A stretch of 32,000 bases of DNA from the NCBI RefSeq assembly GCF_000284115.1, contig NC_017080.1, positions 2,340,001 through 2,372,000 on the forward strand. Direction: 5' to 3'. The DNA is from Phycisphaera mikurensis NBRC 102666. Its GTDB lineage: Bacteria; Planctomycetota; Phycisphaerae; Phycisphaerales; Phycisphaeraceae. Each line of letters begins with the position of its first letter. The first letter of the stretch is position 1. The notes under the pieces were generated by a model. The model was given only the letters and a program-made list of their open reading frames with translations. It was not told the DNA's origin and did not search any database. Of the stretch, positions 26,380 to 32,000 are shown piece after piece. A program made the translations under genes and the position numbers.

Positions 26380-26416
26380 TCGTTTCTTCGTTTCTCCCCC
26401 ATACCGTGCCCAGCCC

Positions 26417-27562
26417 GTGGAACCTTCCCCGCGCCCCCACTTCTTCGACCACACGCCCGACTCGCTCGGCGACGTCGTCGCGGGCTGGGGGATGCCGCGG
26501 TTCCGCGCGAAGCAGGTCTTCCACTGGGTGTACGGCCGCGGCGTTGTGGACCCGCTGGAGATGGGCAACCTCTCCGCCGCGGACCGCGGGCGCCTCAAGG
26601 AGAATCTGGCCTTCATCCGCGGCCGCGTGCTGCGGCGGCAGGACGCCAGCGACGGCACCCACAAGCTGCTCGTCGGCTGGGGCGCGGCCGCCGACGACCC
26701 GCTGGCGCTGGCGCCGGTCGCCGACAAAAACGGCTTCTTCGCCGACGCCACCGAGTGCGTGATGATCCCCGCCGGAGCGGGCCGTTCGGGCGGGGATGCG
26801 GGTCCGCGGGGTGCCGCTCGTCGCACCGCCTGCCTCTCCAGCCAGGTCGGCTGCCCGGTGGGCTGCTCCTTCTGCGCCTCGGGGCTCGGCGGCCTGGACG
26901 GGAACCTCACCGCCGGGCAGATCGTGCAGCAGGCCTGGATGCTCGACCGCGAGCTGAAGACGAGCGGGGATCCCGTCGGCCGGCTGACCAACGTCGTCTT
27001 CATGGGGATGGGCGAGCCGATGGCCAACCTCAAAGCGGTCGTCCCGGCCTTGCGGACGCTGACTGCCGCGTGGGGGATGAACCTCTCCGCCCGCAAGATC
27101 ACCGTCTCCACCGTCGGCGTCGTCCCGGGGATCCGCAGACTCGGCGAGCTGGACCTGCCGGTCACCCTGGCCCTCTCGCTGCACGCCCCCAACGACGAGC
27201 TCCGCCGCCAGATCATCCCCTGGGCCAGCTTCGTCACCATCGAGGAGCTGGTCGCCGCCTGCCGCGGCTACTTCGAGGCCACCGGCCGCGAGGTCACGCT
27301 GGAGTACATCCTCCTCGGCGGCTTCAACGACGGGCCGCAGCACGCCGCCGAGCTGGCGGCCGTCGCGAAGCGCCTGCGCAGCAACGTCAACCTCATCCGA
27401 TACAACGAGGTGAGGGGTCTGCCGCACCAGCGGCCGAGCAGCGAGAACGTCCACCGCTTCCAGAAGGTCCTCCGCGACCGCGGCGTGAACGCCCACCTGA
27501 GGGCCAGCCGCGGCCGCGACATCGCCGCCGCCTGCGGCCAGCTGCGCTACGCCGGCCCGTGA
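26417..27562 (+). CDS. rlmN: 23S rRNA (adenine-2503-C2) methyltransferase RlmN (GTG start proposed)
   Basis: SLGDVVAGWGMPRFRAKQVFHWVYGRGV; CLSSQVGCPVGCSFCASG; LTNVVFMGMGEPMANL; SARKITVSTVGVVPGI; LALSLHAPNDELR; EYILLGGFND. Confidence 0.94.
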   Translation: MEPSPRPHFFDHTPDSLGDVVAGWGMPRFRAKQVFHWVYGRGVVDPLEMGNLSAADRGRLKENLAFIRGRVLRRQDASDGTHKLLVGWGAAADDPLALAPVADKNGFFADATECVMIPAGAGRSGGDAGPRGAARRTACLSSQVGCPVGCSFCASGLGGLDGNLTAGQIVQQAWMLDRELKTSGDPVGRLTNVVFMGMGEPMANLKAVVPALRTLTAAWGMNLSARKITVSTVGVVPGIRRLGELDLPVTLALSLHAPNDELRRQIIPWASFVTIEELVAACRGYFEATGREVTLEYILLGGFNDGPQHAAELAAVAKRLRSNVNLIRYNEVRGLPHQRPSSENVHRFQKVLRDRGVNAHLRASRGRDIAAACGQLRYAGP

Positions 27563-27666
27563 ACGCGCAGCGTGCCCGGGCACGCCTCGCGGCCCCGGAA
27601 GACCCGGCACGCGGCGTGGACCGGGCACGCTGCGCCGGCTTGGAGCCGTGCTATCCTGTTCGCTCA

Positions 27667-27740
27667 GGCCGTTTAGCTCAGTTGGATAGAGCAGCTGTTT
27701 CCGGAACAGCAGGTCGGTGGTTCGAGCCCACCAACGGTCA
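27667..27740 (+). tRNA. tRNA-Arg (anticodon CCG)
   Basis: GGCCGTT acceptor / AACGGTC, GCTC..GAGC D arm, GCTGT-TTCCGGA-ACAGC anticodon arm, GGTGG-TTCGAGC-CCACC T arm; no encoded CCA. Confidence 0.93.
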
Positions 27741-27890
27741 GTCGGGGAGAGATCCGGTGACAAGTGGCGACCCGCCCACCCCCGCGAGGGGCGAGCCGCC
27801 GGCCGCGTCAATCGCTCGGGCTGCACAACAGCTCCGTCCGTCGGGGCTCCGCTGCGCCGGGTCCCCGCATCCGGCCGATAGCCCCCGACC

Positions 27891-28646
27891 GTGCTCGCCG
27901 TCGACCAACTCGTGAAGGCCTTCCCGACCGGTGAGGGTCCGGACGTGCTCGCGGTGCAGGGGGTGAGCTTCTCCGTCGCGGCCGGGGAGTGCTACGGGCT
28001 GCTCGGGCCCAACGGGGCGGGGAAGACGACGCTCTTGCGGATGATCGCGACGCTGGTCACGCCGACGTCGGGGCACGCGGCGGTCGACGGTTTCCGCGGG
28101 GATGAGCGGCCGGAGCGGCTCCGCTCGCGGCTGGGCTTCATGAGCGGGAACACGCGGCTGTACCGGCGTCTCACCGGCCGGGAGCTGCTCGCGTACTTCG
28201 GGCGGCTGAACCGCATGAGCGAGCCGCGGATCCGGGAGCGGACGGCGGAGCTCTCGGCGGCGTTCGGCCTCGGCGAGTTCCTCGACCGCCGCTGCGGCGG
28301 GTACTCCACGGGGCAGGCGCAGCGGGTGAGCATCGCGCGGGTCATGCTGCACGAGCCACCGCTTCTGATCCTCGACGAGCCGACGCTGGGCCTGGACGTG
28401 ATGAGCGCCCGGGCGATGCTCGACTTCGTGGAGCGCGCACGCGACGCGGGCACCGCGATCGTGTTCTCGACGCACCACATGAGCGAAGCGGAGCAGCTCT
28501 GCACCCGCGTGGGCTTCCTCTACCGAGGCCGCCTGCTGGCCGAGGACACGCCGGCTCGGCTCTGCACCGCGGCGGGGACCTCGACGCTGCGCGACGCCTT
28601 CCTCGCGATGGCCGATGCGGCGGACGCCGACGAGGCGCCGGCATGA
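27891..28646 (+). CDS. ABC transporter ATP-binding protein (NatA-like; alternative start codon)
   Basis: GLLGPNGAGKTTLLRMIATLVTPTSG; YSTGQAQRVSIARVMLHEPPLLILDEPTLGLD; IVFSTHHMSEAEQLCTRV. Confidence 0.95.
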   Translation: MLAVDQLVKAFPTGEGPDVLAVQGVSFSVAAGECYGLLGPNGAGKTTLLRMIATLVTPTSGHAAVDGFRGDERPERLRSRLGFMSGNTRLYRRLTGRELLAYFGRLNRMSEPRIRERTAELSAAFGLGEFLDRRCGGYSTGQAQRVSIARVMLHEPPLLILDEPTLGLDVMSARAMLDFVERARDAGTAIVFSTHHMSEAEQLCTRVGFLYRGRLLAEDTPARLCTAAGTSTLRDAFLAMADAADADEAPA

Positions 28647-28703
28647 CTGGGGCACGCAGGGCAGGTCGGCGACCTGCCCGACGCGGCGTTCCGTGAGACC
28701 CGA

Positions 28704-30761
28704 ATGAACCTCCACACCATCCTCACCATCGCCGCCAAGGAGCTGCGGGAGACGCTGCGCGACCGGCGGACGCTGATGGCGATGGTCGGCATCCCGCTCT
28801 TGCTCTACCCGGTGATCCTGCTGGCGGGCACGCAGGCGATCGTCTACCGGCAGGCGAAGACGGACGGGCAGGTCGCTCGCGTGGCCGTCGCCGAGGACCT
28901 CGACGGGCAGCTGGTCGAGCGGCTGCGGGCGGCCGAAGGCATCGAGCTGGAGGCGGAGACGGCGGGATCCGCGGACCGCGTGGCTTCGGGCGATCTGGAC
29001 GCGACGGTCCGCGGAACCGGCGAGGCCGACGGCACCGAGACACTGGAGCTGCTGTTCGACTCCACCGTCCCCCGGTCGGCGGCTGCGCAATCGCGGATCC
29101 GCGACGTGGTCGCGAACCTCGCAGATGAGCGGATTACCGAGCGGCTCGAGGAAGCCGGCCTCCCACCCGGAACGGCGCAGCCGTTCCGGGTGGAGACCCG
29201 CGACGCCGCCCCCGCCCGCAAGCGGGCCGGCAACCTGCTCGGCAACGCGCTGCCGATGCTGATGATCCTGATGCTCGGGCTCGGCGCGTTCTACCCCGCG
29301 GTCGACCTGACCGCCGGCGAGAAGGAACGCGGCACCTTCGAGACGCTGCTCTCCACACCCACGGCCAAGGGCGAGATCGTGTGGGGCAAGTTTCTGGCGG
29401 TCGTGGGGCTGTCGCTGGCGACGGGGCTGCTGAATCTCGGCTCGATGGCGGTGACGCTGTGGTTCCAGCTGGCGCAGCTGCAGGCGGCGGGAGCCGGCAA
29501 CGCCGGGGGCGGTCCGCTGGACCTCGCCTCGCTGACGATCTCGCCGCTGGACCTCGGCGTCATGCTGCTGATCCTGGTCCCGCTCGCGGTGTTCATCTCG
29601 GCGGCGATGATGTCGCTGGCGCTGCTCGCCCGGGAGTTCAAGGAGGCGAGCAACTACCTCTCGCCGTTCTTCCTCCTGATGGTGGCACCCGCGGCGCTGG
29701 TGGTCGCGGCGGGGGTGGAGCTGGACGGAGCCGTGGTCCTCGTGCCGATCGCCAACGCGACGCTGCTGTTCAAGAACCTCCTGATGAGCACGGCGACCTG
29801 GCCGCAGGTGCTGGGGACCTTCGTCTCGACGGCGGTCGCGGCGGTGGCGGCCCTGCGGCTGGCGGTGTTGGTGTTCGGCCGCGAGGACGTGGTGCTCGCC
29901 GGCGACGGCGGCCTGCCCGCGTCGCTGAAGCGGAGCAGCTGGCCGCGGCGGAGGGTGCCGACGGCCACGCTGTCGCTGGCCGCTTTCGCGGTCGGCCTGC
30001 TCGTCTACGTGAACCTCGGCTCGCTGCTGCAGGCTGAAGCGCTGCTGCCGGGGCTGATCGCGAGCCAGTGGATGATCCTGGTGCCGATCGCCGTCGGTGC
30101 GCTGTGGCTCTTCAAGGTGGACGTCGCGGCGAGCTTGAAGCTGCGGCTCCCGCGGCCCGGAGCGATCGCTGGAGCCGTGCTGATGGCGTGCGGCGGGCTG
30201 GTGCTTTCGCAGCAGCTGGCGTGGGTGCAATCCTTCGTCCTCGACGTGCCCGAGGCCTTCGCCGGCGGCACGGCGCCGATCGTCGAGCACCCCTCGCTGG
30301 CGCTTGTGCTCTTCGCCGTCGCCGTGTCGCCCGCCGTCTGCGAGGAGGTCTTCTTCCGCGGGACGCTGCTCGCCGGGCTCGAGGAGAAGCTGCGGCCGTG
30401 GGTCGCCATCGTGCTCGCCAGCCTGCTGTTCGGCCTCTTCCACCTCTACCTGCACCGCATCCTCATCACCGCCGCACTGGGCATCGCCATCACCTGGGTC
30501 GCCTGGCGGAGCCGGTCGATCTGGCCGGGGATGCTGTTCCACCTCATCAACAACGGCGTCGCCGTGCTGGCCGTGCGGGAGGTTCTGCCGCCGGGGCTGA
30601 TGGGCTGGCTGGAGCGGGTGGCTCCGGTCGAGAACGGCTACCCCTGGCCGGTCGTGGCGGCAGCGGCGGCCGTGTTCGCCGCCGGGGCCGCCGTCGTCGC
30701 GAGGCTTGGCCGACCCCGCGCTGCCTCCTCCCTCCCGGGTGCCACGCCCGCTCGGGCGTGA
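28704..30761 (+). CDS. ABC transporter permease (NatB-like) fused to CPBP intramembrane metalloprotease domain
   Basis: N-part ELRETLRDRRTLMAMVGIPLLLYPVIL...TAGEKERGTFETLLSTPTAKGEIVWGKFLAVV; C-part VCEEVFFRGTLLAGLEEKL...LLFGLFHLYLHRILITAALGIAITWVAWRSRSIWPGMLFHLINNG. Confidence 0.93.
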   Translation: MNLHTILTIAAKELRETLRDRRTLMAMVGIPLLLYPVILLAGTQAIVYRQAKTDGQVARVAVAEDLDGQLVERLRAAEGIELEAETAGSADRVASGDLDATVRGTGEADGTETLELLFDSTVPRSAAAQSRIRDVVANLADERITERLEEAGLPPGTAQPFRVETRDAAPARKRAGNLLGNALPMLMILMLGLGAFYPAVDLTAGEKERGTFETLLSTPTAKGEIVWGKFLAVVGLSLATGLLNLGSMAVTLWFQLAQLQAAGAGNAGGGPLDLASLTISPLDLGVMLLILVPLAVFISAAMMSLALLAREFKEASNYLSPFFLLMVAPAALVVAAGVELDGAVVLVPIANATLLFKNLLMSTATWPQVLGTFVSTAVAAVAALRLAVLVFGREDVVLAGDGGLPASLKRSSWPRRRVPTATLSLAAFAVGLLVYVNLGSLLQAEALLPGLIASQWMILVPIAVGALWLFKVDVAASLKLRLPRPGAIAGAVLMACGGLVLSQQLAWVQSFVLDVPEAFAGGTAPIVEHPSLALVLFAVAVSPAVCEEVFFRGTLLAGLEEKLRPWVAIVLASLLFGLFHLYLHRILITAALGIAITWVAWRSRSIWPGMLFHLINNGVAVLAVREVLPPGLMGWLERVAPVENGYPWPVVAAAAAVFAAGAAVVARLGRPRAASSLPGATPARA
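28969..29014. repeat. 46-bp bipartite palindromic element (copy i, inside the permease gene)
   Basis: ccgcggaccg 28969-28978, cggtccgcgg 29005-29014, N26. Confidence 0.9.
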
Positions 30762-30911
30762 GCACCGCCTCCGACGCTGGTTCCTCCACCTCCTGGAAGG
30801 CTCGACCTTCAGCTCGCCCGTGCAGCGCTTCGCTCTTCCACGACGAAGGCAGAAGACCGGCCAGAGAAGGCAGAGAGAAAAAAGCGTTTCCCTTCCGTCG
30901 GCCGAAGAGGC

Positions 30912-31418
30912 CGGTGGCTCACCGCCTCCGGCGGTGTAGGTCGGGCGGAGCCCGAGCCGGTGGCTCACCGCCTCCGGCGGTATAGGTCGGGCGAAGCCCG
31001 AGCGGGTGGCTCACCGCCTCCGGCGGTGTAGGTCGGGCGGAGCCCGAGCCGGTGGCTCACCGCCTCCGGCGGTGTAGGTCGGGCGGAGCCCGAGCCGGTG
31101 GCTCACCGCCTCCGGCGGTGTAGGTCGGGCGAAGCCCGAGCGGGTGGCTCACCGCCTCCGGCGGTGTAGGTCGGGCGAAGCCCGAGCCGGTGGCTCACCG
31201 CCTCCGGCGGTGTAGGTCGGGCGAAGCCCGAGCGGGTGGCTCACCGCCTCCGGCGGTGTAGGTCGGGCGAAGCCCGAGCCGGTGGCTCACCGCCTCCGGC
31301 GGTGTAGGTCGGGCGAAGCCCGAGCGGGTGGCTCACCGCCTCCGGCGGTGTAGGTCGGGCGAAGCCCGAGCCGGTGGCTCACCGCCTCCGGCGGTGTAGG
31401 TCGGGCGGAGCCCGAGCG
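30912..31418. repeat. Tandem array, 11 units of about 46 bp
   Basis: Unit ggtggctcaccgcctccggcggtgtaggtcgggcg(a/g)agcccgagc(c/g); each unit contains several short hairpins. Confidence 0.93.
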
Positions 31419-32000
31419 GATCTTGGAGACGCCGACGCATCCGCTGCGCGGACCCCGCACCGCCGGGGGCGGTGAGCCACCTGCGGACCCGCGGGCCAAC
31501 CGTCGGCAGCCTTCTCCTCGTCGGTCCCCAGCCCCGCGCCGAGCGCGAGATTCGGCAGCCGACGCCATCTGCCGGCCGGAGGCCGAGCCGGTGGCTCACC
31601 GCCTCCGGCGGTGTAGGTCGGGCGGAGCCCGAGCGGGTCTTGGAGACGCCGACGCGTCCGCTGCGCGGACCCTACACCGCCGGGGGCGGTGAGCCACCTG
31701 CGGGCCCGCGCCCCAACGGTCGGCAGCCTTTTCCTCGTCGGTCCCCGGCTTCGCGCCGAGCGCAAGATTCGGCAGCCCACGCCATCTGCCGGCCGAGGCC
31801 CGAGCCGGTGGCTCACCGCCTCCGGCGGTGTAGGTCGGGCGGAGCCCGAGCGGGTGGCTCACCGCCTCCGGCGGTGTAGGTCGGGCGGAGCCCGAGCGGG
31901 TCTTGGAGACGCCGACGCGTCCGCTGCGCGGACCCCACACCGCCGGGGGCGGTGAGCCACCGGCGGGCCCGCGCCCCAACCGTCGGCAGCCTTCTCCTCG
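31419..32000. repeat. Higher-order continuation: dispersed and inverted units plus a second repeated segment, running off the window
   Basis: ggatcttggagacgccgacgcatccgctgcgcggaccc...cgccgggggcggtgagccacctgcggacccgcg(c/g)(g/c)ccaac(c/g)gtcggcagcctt recurs near 31419, 31641 and 31897. Confidence 0.85.

Noticed and set aside
27738-30968. 1076-aa minus-strand open frame
   Set aside because: Antisense shadow of the ABC ATPase and permease genes; low-complexity composition.
30912-31418. CRISPR array
   Set aside because: Units are head-to-tail with no unique spacers and no cas genes in view; this is a tandem repeat.
31287-31979. Short ORFs with AGGGEPPA or EPVAHRLRRCRSGGARA repeats
   Set aside because: Translations of the non-coding 46-bp tandem repeats in several frames on both strands.

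Overview
GC-rich bacterial chromosome window, planctomycete/Phycisphaerae-like by gene content and style (inference). Order of features: (1) chaperone cluster groEL1 (partial)-groES-groEL2-dnaJ-grpE-zinc-ribbon protein (1-5120). (2) A secreted beta-propeller-like protein. (3) A sedentary/chromosomal integron: minus-strand IntI-type tyrosine recombinase (6886-8049), attI-like core (GTTAGGC at 8221), and about 14 plus-oriented cassettes (8222 to about 15060) bounded by about 109-bp attC sites. (4) Tat-signal Fe/Mn superoxide dismutase, FAD oxidoreductase, opgG-ORF-opgH, pseudouridine synthase, outer-membrane barrel, unknown protein, zinc metallopeptidase, rlmN, tRNA-Arg(CCG), ABC ATPase, ABC permease-CPBP protease fusion. 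(5) A 46-bp tandem repeat array running off the right edge. The most unusual signal is a bipartite palindromic element, CCGCGGACCG-N26-CGGTCCGCGG (46 bp, spacer length always 26, spacer sequence variable). I find nine copies with perfect arms: five in small apparently ORF-less integron cassettes at a fixed 54-56 nt from the cassette start, and four elsewhere, one of them inside the permease gene and one inside the opgG-opgH linker ORF. I know of no described element with this form. All matches were made by eye and need computational confirmation.
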